A stretch of DNA of 46,169 nt from an uncultured Marixanthomonas sp. (GCF_963974425.1 NZ_CAXBCK010000030.1:1-46169); one strand, 5' to 3'; shown: positions 21,301 through 29,936, counted from the stretch's first letter. The notes: generated by a model from the sequence alone, not told the origin. Numbers and translations are program-made.

Positions 21301-23287
21301 AGTTGTAAAACATCATGAATTAGGATTGTTGGGCTGTCGTCCAGAAACACGTGCTTATGCTCAATATTTTTGGAATAGCCTTCCAAACGAAACCCGCGAA
21401 GATTTAGATCAAACAATCAAAGCTTCAGGTGAGGTCTTACAAATTTTCCCCGATACTCAAGAGTACGAGTTTATAATCGAGAAATTGAGTACTCATATTT
21501 CAGCATTTTCTTCGGAAACAGAATTATTCGATGCTATATTGAGTGAAGATATTGCAGCTTATATTTTTGATGAATTGCAGAGTGATTCAGAATTTGTTCG
21601 CAGCAACGTGGCTGTAGATCTTAAAGAAGCGTTTTTGAAAGCGCTTAAAAAACAAAATGCCGACATAAAATTTAAGAGTAGTTTTGAAGCAATTTCTAGT
21701 TTTGAAGGAAAAGTGCGGTTGATTAAACAATGGGTTTCTGCTTTTGTTAATAGTAGGGTTTCTTCAGATAAAGAGATACAGACACCATCAAAAAGACGTT
21801 ATATTGATGAGGTAGTGTGTTGTATATTATTTGAGGACGAATCAGTTTCCAAAGTAAATGCCATTTCACCTTCTGAAACTATTACGGGATTAAATGGAGA
21901 TCATCCATCGATTAATAAAGGAGTGTTTCACTTTAATTATCATGATTTTACCTCAAAGTTAAACGTATTTGCTTCTGAAGATGTACCAGCCTACAATACC
22001 TTTCGAAAAGCTAAACAAGATGTGACCGAGCAATTAAAAGAGGATTTGAGACTTGAAGAGTTTAAGCCCCGAGTCCTTACTTCGTTTGTACGAAATAAAT
22101 TGATAGACCAAGTATATTTTCCATTATTTGGAGACAATCTTGCTAAGCAATTGGGCACAGTGGGCGATACAAAAAGAACAGACCGAATGGGTTTGTTGTT
22201 ACTTATTTCGCCACCGGGGTATGGGAAGACTACCTTAATGGAATACATTGCTAATCGGTTGGGGTTAGTTTTTGTGAAGATAAACGGACCTGCAATTGGC
22301 CACGATGTAACCTCGATTGATCCAACCTCTGCCACTAACTCTGCAGCGCGTGAAGAACTGAAAAAGTTAAATATTGCTTTTGAAATGGGGAGTAATGTTA
22401 TGCTGTATCTAGATGATATTCAGCATTGTAGCCCAGAGTTTTTGCAAAAATTCATTTCATTATCTGATGGTACTCGAAAGATAGAAGGAGTATACAATGG
22501 TAAATCTAAAACATATGATTTGCGTGGAAAGAAATTCTGTGTGATTATGGCTGGAAACCCATATACGGAGAGTGGGGAGAAATTTAGGATTCCTGATATG
22601 CTGGCTAATCGTGCAGATATATACAACTTAGGAGATATCATTGGGGATACTGAGCATTTATTTAAACTGAGTTTAATTGAAAACTCATTGACTGCCAATC
22701 CTATGCTTCATCAATTGAGTAGCACTCATTTTGAAGATGTCTATACCTTAATCGATCGGGTAGAAAATAACACTCAAGATATTCAGTTAAAGGGAAATCA
22801 TAGTACGCAAGAAGTTCAGGATTATATAAATGTACTTGAAAAGGTTATTGCCATACGCAATACCGTGTTGAAAGTGAATGCTACTTATATAAAAAGCGCT
22901 GCGATGGAAGATGAATACCGAACTGAACCTGCTTTTAAGTTACAGGGTTCGTATCGGGACATGAACAAGCTAGTTGCTAAGGTAGTGCCTATTATGAACG
23001 ATGCAGAACTAGATACGCTTTTGCTTTCACATTATGAGAGTGAGTCACAAACGCTAACATCGGCTGCCGAAGCAAATTTACTAAAATACAGAGAGCTTAT
23101 AAACAGTTTGGACGAAAGTCAACAACAACGTTGGTCGAGTATAAAGGAGACCTTTGTAAAGAATAATAAGCTTAACGGGTTTAGTAACAAAAACGAAATG
23201 GCGCAAGTCTTGTCACAGATGATGGAGTTTACTGATAATTTGGAAGGAATTCGAGAAGTACTTGAAAAAGGGTTAAAAAAAGATTGA
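18368..23287 (+). CDS. Giant (1639 aa) cytoplasmic protein with C-terminal AAA+ ATPase module and ~1200-aa uncharacterised N-terminal region (beta-rich N-domain plus long coiled coil)
   Basis: Walker A 'LLLISPPGYGKTTLMEYIANRLG'. Walker B 'NVMLYLDDIQH'. Sensor-1-like 'FCVIMAGNPYTE' and Arg-containing 'PDMLANRADIYNLGD', about 1200 aa from the N-terminus. No TM or signal peptide. Alternative start at 18386 (MAEQL). Confidence 0.85.
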   Translation: MEKRLAMAEQLSEDKKNKNQSLDGGTYEIIQNRLQKQKTELQDRLQKLNADRKDIFGSLETKLIANDRINTENNCIAQDIVSLDNICLFGYNVHFGLRTEITLSDVFSVYEFKDNRFEPKPLDLLDNETFKTDFTNLYKYYRNTIFSKFAIIGNYLHMVFQLSESVTDIKTFKWLIKENNLEYIDNRSDHEYKFPAQHEFKWLDVTRDMHRYGVHSHVSILDRIFVETISGDLTIKIEDNTEDGKGILSEPVEHVDQTLDDGQYRYADLGNLIVLEIKPFQESSRYFVYNHKLQEVQKIESIKDACVLLPDDQGIIFPTGYYLQTGEYNIFDNAISNVKFEQKIASPNGEDYLYIFYSAHEGLYNLMSYNVITQKINTPIICNGFTVLENGELCYFKTEAEQTKHHIIQIWQTPFLKGDFMPSQHEDTLLYKIGNKDVVKAMAEVNGLINLLNKEDNYDGLYNDISKFSKDILDAYYWLPEKETQELNQPLQQINKTANAAIDEFQKVIQLKRNAAKQTEEVREKAEALFSKIKSTSFKSINDFVYLLTQLRTLRGEVISLKDVRYVNIEFTNKLEEEIALQTQKISERCVQFLLHEKALQPYHDAIAEKQNTLGKVSKVIEARKLEDEINQIAADLELLIDIVSNLDIEDTAHSTEIIDAISLIFATINQLKAALKNKKKSLGSEEAHADFAAQLKLIDQSIINYLDIAVTPEKCDEFQTKISIQLEELEGKFSDFEEFISSIIEKREEVYAAFESRKNSLIEKRNKKALAFQNASERILKGVQKKAESFNTSAEINGYFASDLMINKVRDIVKQLKELDDSGKAEEIETSLKTAREDALRKLKDKQDLYEDGDTIIRLGNHKFGVNKQPLDLTIVFKNGSLNYHLTGTDFYQELTDKTLLQSRHLWDQEFVSETSEIYRSAYLAYKLFKKLPKDQMKQASAEALLKMVQEESRSDYSEGYIKGVHDVDATKILHVLVVKHHELGLLGCRPETRAYAQYFWNSLPNETREDLDQTIKASGEVLQIFPDTQEYEFIIEKLSTHISAFSSETELFDAILSEDIAAYIFDELQSDSEFVRSNVAVDLKEAFLKALKKQNADIKFKSSFEAISSFEGKVRLIKQWVSAFVNSRVSSDKEIQTPSKRRYIDEVVCCILFEDESVSKVNAISPSETITGLNGDHPSINKGVFHFNYHDFTSKLNVFASEDVPAYNTFRKAKQDVTEQLKEDLRLEEFKPRVLTSFVRNKLIDQVYFPLFGDNLAKQLGTVGDTKRTDRMGLLLLISPPGYGKTTLMEYIANRLGLVFVKINGPAIGHDVTSIDPTSATNSAAREELKKLNIAFEMGSNVMLYLDDIQHCSPEFLQKFISLSDGTRKIEGVYNGKSKTYDLRGKKFCVIMAGNPYTESGEKFRIPDMLANRADIYNLGDIIGDTEHLFKLSLIENSLTANPMLHQLSSTHFEDVYTLIDRVENNTQDIQLKGNHSTQEVQDYINVLEKVIAIRNTVLKVNATYIKSAAMEDEYRTEPAFKLQGSYRDMNKLVAKVVPIMNDAELDTLLLSHYESESQTLTSAAEANLLKYRELINSLDESQQQRWSSIKETFVKNNKLNGFSNKNEMAQVLSQMMEFTDNLEGIREVLEKGLKKD

Positions 23288-23414
23288 CATTATCTAACTG
23301 TGTTTAAAAAACAATGCTCAATCAAGTATTCTTGTTGGGCATTTTGTGTTTCAATTCACAATAGAGTTGTGAGTGATTGTGGAGCCGGGGAGCTTACAGA
23401 AAAAGTGATCTCCA

Positions 23415-23470
23415 GTGGCTTCCATCCTACAAATGGAAAGCCACGGACTACTTCCAGTTTTTATTGTTTT
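23415..23470 (+). terminator. Strong hairpin followed by a T-rich tract downstream of the giant ATPase gene (also the 3' end of candidate sRNA 1)
   Basis: 'gtggcttccat'-cctacaa-'atggaaagccac' (11-bp stem with one bulge), then 'ggactacttccagtttttattgtttt'. Confidence 0.4.
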
Positions 23471-23803
23471 ATATCATCACTTTAAGCAAGCTCGGTGATT
23501 ACATAAAAAAACCACGCTCAATAAGCATGGCTTTCTATGTATTGTGGAGCCGAAGGGACCAGAACCGGGCTGCTGTTTATACTGTGAATAGGGGGTTCAG
23601 CAGGGGCTATTTATTGTGCGCACCGAATAGGTGACTTTTTAACATTTGGGAGGGATATTTAATATGGTTTACGGTGTTCTGTTCCTTTTTGTAAGAAAAA
23701 TATATATTTTAATTCTTCCCACTTACATTAACATTTTTGTAGATTTAAAATAAAGAAACCTGCATATTAACTTAGTTTCTCTTAAAATTTTAATCGGATT
23801 TTT

Positions 23804-24721
23804 TTAAAAATAGATCCTACATCTTGGTAATGCCGCTTTAATGCGTTCTTGTTCTACTTTACCGAATTTGTTGTTAGTTAAAATAAGTGTTCTTAGTTTT
23901 TTTAGTGCTGAAATTTCTTCTGGTAAATCTTCTAGTTTATTACCAGACAGGATGGCCAATTCTAGATTTTCTAAAGCCGAGAAGCTCGGTGGCATTTCTT
24001 TCAGATTATTATCATTTAGAATCAAAGTTTTTAACTGTTTTAGCAATCCAATGCTGTTAGGAATTTTCTGTAAACGATTGTGCTCCATATTCAATTCTTG
24101 GAGCGTTTGTAAGTTGGCCCATTGAGTATCTAGTTCATAAAATTGATTATACCCCACGTGCAATGTTCTTAGGGATGGTAAAGTAGCCACCGAAGATGGT
24201 AAATAGCTTAATTGGTTATTGTCAAGTTGCAATACTTTCAGACTTTTACATTGATCGATAGTAGTAGGTAAATAGGTCAAGCTATTTCCCGAAAGATATA
24301 AATACTGAAGTTTTTTGAGCATTCTTATTTCATCTGAAATTTTGACTATTTTATTATCTGCTAGATCCAATTTGACTAATTGTTTTAGTTGTTTAATTTC
24401 TTTTGGTATATGGCTAAATTCGTTTGCTTTCAAATTTAAAACTTCTAATTTTTTTAGACTAAAAAGTGCTTCATCCCAATACTCAAAATGATTACCCATG
24501 GCATTTAAAAAAACCAACGCTCTTAAATGCTTGATGTTCTCGGGAAGCTGAAACCACTGTTGGTCACGAATATTGAGTTGCGTAGCTTTTTTATTTTTAG
24601 CTAAGGCAGTATCCACATTATAGAATATTTTTTCAGTGATAGGATTGGCATTTTGAGCCAGCCCTTGAAAAATAGTAATTCCTAATAAAGAGAGAAATAA
24701 AATAAAATTATACCTATTCAT
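23804..24721 (-). CDS. Secreted leucine-rich-repeat (LRR) protein
   Basis: 305 aa. Signal peptide 'MNRYNFILFLSLLGITIFQGLA'. About ten tandem 'L..L..L.L..N.L..LP..I..L..L' repeats of ~23 aa. Confidence 0.8.
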   Translation of the reverse strand: MNRYNFILFLSLLGITIFQGLAQNANPITEKIFYNVDTALAKNKKATQLNIRDQQWFQLPENIKHLRALVFLNAMGNHFEYWDEALFSLKKLEVLNLKANEFSHIPKEIKQLKQLVKLDLADNKIVKISDEIRMLKKLQYLYLSGNSLTYLPTTIDQCKSLKVLQLDNNQLSYLPSSVATLPSLRTLHVGYNQFYELDTQWANLQTLQELNMEHNRLQKIPNSIGLLKQLKTLILNDNNLKEMPPSFSALENLELAILSGNKLEDLPEEISALKKLRTLILTNNKFGKVEQERIKAALPRCRIYF

Positions 24722-24745
24722 TATCTACATACTTTAATTAAAAAA

Positions 24746-24785
24746 AAGACTGACGTAATAAGAATTACATCAGTCTTTTTCTTAT
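24746..24785 (-). terminator. Rho-independent terminator downstream of the PhoX-like gene, A-run/T-run flanked (potentially bidirectional)
   Basis: 'aagactgacgtaat'-aagaa-'attacatcagtctt' (13/14 bp stem with one mismatch) followed by 'tttttctt'. An A8 run sits on the other side. Confidence 0.65.
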
Positions 24786-24797
24786 TTATAAAAAAAA

Positions 24798-27773
24798 TTA
24801 ATTTTGTTTGATGATTTTATAGCTACCAGAATTTTCACCAACGGTTACTTTTACCAATAACATTTGGTTTGCATTTATAAATGGAGCTAAATTTAGAGTT
24901 ACCGTTCTTTTGTTACCAAGTATTGCTGCGTCCTTTTGGGTTACTATATTTTGACCTAACATATTAAATACCTCAACAGTAATTTCTCCTTCTTGATTCG
25001 CTATGTCTACATTTAAAATACCGCTAGTTGGATTTGGGTAAACCGATATAACATCTTTCAAGACATCATCAACCTCTAAGACTTCTTGTACTAAAATGTA
25101 GTTTTCTTTGGTTACTTCGGTTCCTGTTCCAGCAGCATTTGCTACTATGAGGCTTACATTAAAGTTTCCTTCTTCCAAGTAAGCCACCGTTGGACTGGCC
25201 TCTGACGAAGTTGCTGGGATGCCACCTTCAAAAGTCCAAGTCCATGAGTTTGGGTTGTTTGCACTTAAATCGGTAAACGTAATGGCATTTCCTGGAGTAG
25301 TCGTCACTTCCGAAGCAACAAAGTCTGCCACAGGAATCTGCGCCCCTAAGTTTTCTTTCAATGCAAAAACTATGGTTGAGGAGGCATCAAACGTTATATT
25401 GTTAAAAGTAGCATCCTGTTGTGGTTCGTTTGATCCACTTGGATGCTGTACAGAGAAGAAACCGTATTTAAAATCTGGTGTAAAGGTCAGCCCTGTTGGT
25501 TCAGAACCATTCGGCATAGAGGCAAATAATTCAACATTAGGTACGGCTTGTGTATGGTCTGGGCGTACTACCCATATATAATTATTTCCACCATCTTGCA
25601 GAACCCAAAGGTTTCCTTTATCATCAAACGTTAAATTGTCATTGCCGCCACCCCAAGCTTCGTTAAACACACCCGAACCTGTTGTAATGTCATAAGAGGT
25701 ACCACCAACAAATGTCTGGAAATTTGTGATGGTTGAACCATTATCTGTAAAACTGTACACGCGACTTTTTCCTTTAGAAGTAAAATAAATTTCACCTGTT
25801 AATGGATTAATCTCACAGTCTTCTACTCCATTAAAATCGGTTCCACCCAATGCTGCTGCAGCGGCAGTAACGTTGTTACGCTCTGCAGTAGTATTATTAG
25901 GTACTTGCACCCAAGTTGCTGTTGGAGAAGATGGATCGTTTCCTACTAATGGTGAATCCAATTTCAAAACATATAAAGAGCCACTGGAAAGATCCCCTGG
26001 GTTATTTGCAACAAATTTATAGACACAGTCTGTACCTCCATCTTCCCCAAAGTAAGCTGTTTTTAAATCGTGGGAAACTACTACATTTTCGTGTTTCATT
26101 CTTCCCATAGCCCATAACTTTTCTTGGCCGTTTCCATAATCTACCACTTCTGCGGTTGCAGGATCAATTTCTACTAGCCAACCTACATCTTGGTAACCAT
26201 CTGCATTAATATCTCCTCCATTTGTAGATTCTTCGGCAGTAATTATAGTACCCCATGGGGTTATTCCACCAGAGCAATTACGAGTGGTAGTTACCAAAGC
26301 ATTGTTAAAAAAATCTACTGGTTGTGTTTGGGTTACTTCCCACAACAGGGTGTTGTCATTAAGGTTTACATCTGCAATTGTTACCCCTCCAGGTGTAGTT
26401 TCATGATTAATAGCAACATAGCCCCCTGTGCTAGAGTCTTCTATAGGAATATATCCTGTAAAATCATTATTTCCACCTACAGTACCTACTCCAGTGGTAT
26501 AAGGATCACCTTGCTTTACGATTAGTTGAAAACGATGATCGTCTGCAATAATCATTTTTGGAGTTTGTCCCGTTGGTTCTATAGAAGTAAAACAACCAAT
26601 GGTTCCTGTTTCACAAGGGACTGTAGTGGCCTCGTTGTTTATGAACATATCAAACTTTAAATCTGAACTCTGTCCATCACGATTGTGCAACTCTACCGCA
26701 ATTTTATTGATACCTTCAATAAAAAAAGACTTTGCTATGGAATGTGTAAAAAAAGCGTTCTCGTCTTCACCACTTACTGTTGCTTCAGCATTTGTTAAGT
26801 AATCGGTTGGAGGTCCGGGCATATTATCTCTAATAACTTCTACACCATTTATATATACAATAGCCCCGTCATCACGGTTTAGCCCAAGAATTACATTTTC
26901 AGTTAAATCTGCTAGCGTTATAGTTACTTCTTTTACAAAATATGTAGTAATGTATTTATTGTTAGGGTCTGGGCCAAAAGAGATATCAGTGGCAACCGGA
27001 TCTCCATACCCTAATGGGGCAAAACCAGCAGACCATGTGCTAATGTCGTATCCTGCTTCCGTCCAAATTTCATTATCTAAACTTACACCTGTGTCTAGGT
27101 AAGACCAAACAAGACCCGCTTCCATTGGATATGTTGCTGGGCTTGGCTCTGCCGGAATAAAGTCTGTAGCCATATCAAATCCTAAATCTGAGCTACTACC
27201 AGAGCGTTGATGCAATTCTACGGCGATGACGTTATCGCCATTTTGCAATAAATTTTCAACTGTAAAGTTGAAAAAAGTATCTTCATCGTTACCTCCTACG
27301 GTACTATCTGCAAAAGTGTTGTAAGTAATTGTGCCAGATGGCATATTGTCGCGGATAATTTCGGTACCATTAAGATATACTACGGCTCCGTCATCTCTTA
27401 ATAGTTTAAAGATAAGATCACCGTAGATAGAAGCGTCTACAATATTAAACTCGTATCTAAAATAATAGGTAGGATATTTATTATTAGCATCTGGACCAAA
27501 AGACAAGGTAGTTATCTCGTCTGAATCTCCGTATCCTAATTGAGCAGCTCCTGTGGCCCAAGCACTATCATCATACGCCACTTCTCTCCAAGCAGTACCG
27601 AGATCCATCCCGGTATCGTGGTAACTCCATGTGCTTCCGGCATCAAAAGGGAAACCTCCTGATAGTACCATATTACTTTGGCGAGTGTTTATTTCGTCTC
27701 CTGTATTTGCTAAGCCTAAAACGCTTAGTAACATAAGCACTACCACTAAGGGTAAATTTGTTTTCATTTTCAA
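24798..27773 (-). CDS. Secreted T9SS cargo: duplicated ~190-aa N-terminal beta-sandwich-like domains, PhoX-like (DUF839-type) beta-propeller phosphatase domain, PKD domain, T9SS C-terminal domain
   Basis: 991 aa. Signal peptide. Two repeats 'W(S)Y.DTG..L....W.E..YD.S.W..G.A.LGYGD...'. Central 'CSGGITPWGTIITAEES' and 'MGRMKHENVVV' blocks recalled from PhoX/DUF839. 'WTWTFEGG' PKD block. C-terminal 'VYPNPTSGILNVDI...YKIIKQN'. The PhoX assignment is from memory. Confidence 0.75.
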   Translation of the reverse strand: MKMKTNLPLVVVLMLLSVLGLANTGDEINTRQSNMVLSGGFPFDAGSTWSYHDTGMDLGTAWREVAYDDSAWATGAAQLGYGDSDEITTLSFGPDANNKYPTYYFRYEFNIVDASIYGDLIFKLLRDDGAVVYLNGTEIIRDNMPSGTITYNTFADSTVGGNDEDTFFNFTVENLLQNGDNVIAVELHQRSGSSSDLGFDMATDFIPAEPSPATYPMEAGLVWSYLDTGVSLDNEIWTEAGYDISTWSAGFAPLGYGDPVATDISFGPDPNNKYITTYFVKEVTITLADLTENVILGLNRDDGAIVYINGVEVIRDNMPGPPTDYLTNAEATVSGEDENAFFTHSIAKSFFIEGINKIAVELHNRDGQSSDLKFDMFINNEATTVPCETGTIGCFTSIEPTGQTPKMIIADDHRFQLIVKQGDPYTTGVGTVGGNNDFTGYIPIEDSSTGGYVAINHETTPGGVTIADVNLNDNTLLWEVTQTQPVDFFNNALVTTTRNCSGGITPWGTIITAEESTNGGDINADGYQDVGWLVEIDPATAEVVDYGNGQEKLWAMGRMKHENVVVSHDLKTAYFGEDGGTDCVYKFVANNPGDLSSGSLYVLKLDSPLVGNDPSSPTATWVQVPNNTTAERNNVTAAAAALGGTDFNGVEDCEINPLTGEIYFTSKGKSRVYSFTDNGSTITNFQTFVGGTSYDITTGSGVFNEAWGGGNDNLTFDDKGNLWVLQDGGNNYIWVVRPDHTQAVPNVELFASMPNGSEPTGLTFTPDFKYGFFSVQHPSGSNEPQQDATFNNITFDASSTIVFALKENLGAQIPVADFVASEVTTTPGNAITFTDLSANNPNSWTWTFEGGIPATSSEASPTVAYLEEGNFNVSLIVANAAGTGTEVTKENYILVQEVLEVDDVLKDVISVYPNPTSGILNVDIANQEGEITVEVFNMLGQNIVTQKDAAILGNKRTVTLNLAPFINANQMLLVKVTVGENSGSYKIIKQN

Positions 27774-28106
27774 TAATTTTTAGATGATTAATTTCCTTTA
27801 TAAGAATTACTCAAAGCTACTGAGGAAGATTTTGTTTGTAGCGCGTTGAGTTTTATGCTTAGGTCATTGAACTGTTATGAATGTTGAATTTATTTCAACT
27901 GAATATTACGTGATCCAATAAAAAATCCGTCTAATATGAAGATACTTTTACCTTAACGTTAGCTAAAATTTGAAGATTTCGAACCTCAAAATTTTAGTAG
28001 AATAGGTTTTACCGTTGTAACCTGATTGAAAGACTCATTTTGAAAGGCTACTAAGGTTTATTGCTTTTTTACAAAGCCTCAATTTTAAGGACCATAAAAA
28101 TTTGCA

Positions 28107-29936
28107 TTATTGCAACGAAGTTGACGTATCGGTAAGGGAATTCATAAAGGCAATCAAAACATCGATTTCTTTTGTAGATAAATCAAGAGGAGTTTCTGGC
28201 AGCGTTTGGTTGGTTACTTGTAAACCCATACCGCGGCCACCGCCTTGGTTGTAAAAATCCATCACTTGAGATAATGTTTTGTATGCGCCGTTATGAAAAT
28301 AAGGTGCTGTTTTTTCAATGTTTCGAACTGTAGGTGTTTTAAAGGATTTCTCATAAATCCAGGCAGCTTCACTAGCAATCCCGTTTTTCCAGCGTCCTTC
28401 GTCAGAATCCAATTCGGGAACTGTGGAACTAGGATTTTTTAATACACCCAAGATTTCAGTTTCGGTTTCCATATATAAGGGGGGAACTAAGCCCGAAAAT
28501 GTAGGTGCAAAGTGACAGGTTGCACATGCGCCTTTCCCCATAAAAATATTGAAGCCTTCTTTAACTTCTGGATTGATGGTGTTGGTTTCTCTACGAGCAA
28601 AACGATCAAATTCGCTATTGAAAGATTGTAATGAAAGCACAAACGAGCCCAAGGCCTTTGCTAGGTTTTCACGGTTGATGCTTTCTTTTCCAAAAACTTT
28701 AGTAAATCGATTGCGATAGTCTTTTGAGGCACTCAACTTTTGTAAAATTTCGGAATATGCAGTATTAAATTCTTTTGGGTTAAAAATCACGTGTTCTACT
28801 TGCTGTTCTAGGGTAAAGGCGCGGGAATCATAGAAAAACCTCTTTGCATAGACCGCATTCAACAAGGTTGGTGAATTGCGAAGAACGGTAATTCCCTCAA
28901 TATTACTTAATGATTTAGGTTGAGCATCGGTAAAGGCAAGGTTTGGGTTATGACAACTGGCACAGCTCATTTTGTTATCTCCACTAATTAAAGTGTCGTG
29001 AAAAAGCGTTTCTCCTAATTTTTTCAGTTCGTGAGAATCTTCATTCGCTTGCAGTTGTGTATAGAAATAAGGGTCTAAAAAATCTGGGGCAAAAATACTA
29101 GTGCTTTTAGGGTTCCAAGCAGTGTGGTTTTTTAAATTTTCAGTATTGATTTTAATAGGCAACTCTCCCAATGCGGCATATAGCGGATCTATATATTTGG
29201 TAAGAAACGATAGTCTGTCAAAATCTTCAAAAGACGTATCGGCTTTCAGTTGTGCGATGGCACCATCAAATAAAGTAAGTATGTATTTACTTTTTGGATA
29301 TTTCTGGGCGAGTGGTTCTGATTCAATAAGTTCTTTCATTGCTGCTAAAGAAACCGAAGCTTCTTCTAACCCATTTACAGAGCCAGGTGTGTCAAAACCT
29401 GTAATCCCTAAGGTGAAAATACGCACTAGTTGTAATCTAGCTGCCAGCATTAAGTCTTCGGGGGTGGGTTTGGTATGCTGAAGAGCGTTAGCCAATATAT
29501 TAAATTCAGTTTTTACTTTTTTAGAAAGAGCGGCTATTTGTACTTTTTCTTTAGAAGGGTTTTCAGCAAATATCAATTCGTCTAGGGTTTGTAACCCTTC
29601 TGGTGGCACAACAGTTGGTTGATTTCCAGATTTTGAAATTTTCAATAATGGTGCACCGTTTAAATGCTTTCCTGTAAATTCTGGATTGTAGTAGGCTACG
29701 TAAAATTCTACTTTTTTATATGCTATTCGAGCATCGGTCAAAACAGTCTGTAATGAATCTATAATAATTTGATTGCGTTTAAAGGCTGTTGCCATTTCAT
29801 CCAACTTTTCTAATGCAATACTGGTATTATTTAGATAGCTATTAAATTTTTCAGTATTTACGGTGTATTTATCCCCCGAAGTACAACTGCTGAGTACTAT
29901 AATCATAATAAACCCGAGAAAAAAAGTAGAATACAT
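28107..29936 (-). CDS. Di-haem cytochrome c peroxidase (CCP/MauG family) lipoprotein with ~300-aa N-terminal extension
   Basis: Two CxxCH haem sites, 'CASCHNP' and 'CATCHFAP', about 147 aa apart as in bacterial CCPs. Preferred start is 'MYSTFFLGFIMIIVLSSC' (lipobox) at 29936. The longest ORF extends to 29993. Confidence 0.8.
   Translation of the reverse strand: MYSTFFLGFIMIIVLSSCTSGDKYTVNTEKFNSYLNNTSIALEKLDEMATAFKRNQIIIDSLQTVLTDARIAYKKVEFYVAYYNPEFTGKHLNGAPLLKISKSGNQPTVVPPEGLQTLDELIFAENPSKEKVQIAALSKKVKTEFNILANALQHTKPTPEDLMLAARLQLVRIFTLGITGFDTPGSVNGLEEASVSLAAMKELIESEPLAQKYPKSKYILTLFDGAIAQLKADTSFEDFDRLSFLTKYIDPLYAALGELPIKINTENLKNHTAWNPKSTSIFAPDFLDPYFYTQLQANEDSHELKKLGETLFHDTLISGDNKMSCASCHNPNLAFTDAQPKSLSNIEGITVLRNSPTLLNAVYAKRFFYDSRAFTLEQQVEHVIFNPKEFNTAYSEILQKLSASKDYRNRFTKVFGKESINRENLAKALGSFVLSLQSFNSEFDRFARRETNTINPEVKEGFNIFMGKGACATCHFAPTFSGLVPPLYMETETEILGVLKNPSSTVPELDSDEGRWKNGIASEAAWIYEKSFKTPTVRNIEKTAPYFHNGAYKTLSQVMDFYNQGGGRGMGLQVTNQTLPETPLDLSTKEIDVLIAFMNSLTDTSTSLQ

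Noticed and set aside
23540-23640. Possible SRP RNA, RNase P RNA or tmRNA in the non-coding block (GCUGUUUA...AGCAG, CAGAACCGGGCU, GGCUCCAC)
   Set aside because: Each resemblance is a short partial match only. The SRP domain IV apex is too short. The RNase P P4 partner strand is missing. The tmRNA ends do not pair. I cannot support any of these family assignments without a covariance-model scan.
25219-26802. Plus-strand ORFs (120, 64, 111, 67 aa) opposite the PhoX-like gene. Likewise 29101-29481 opposite the CCP gene and 36811-37077 opposite the FG-GAP gene
   Set aside because: Embedded antisense in long, domain-rich genes. No start context or recognisable fold.
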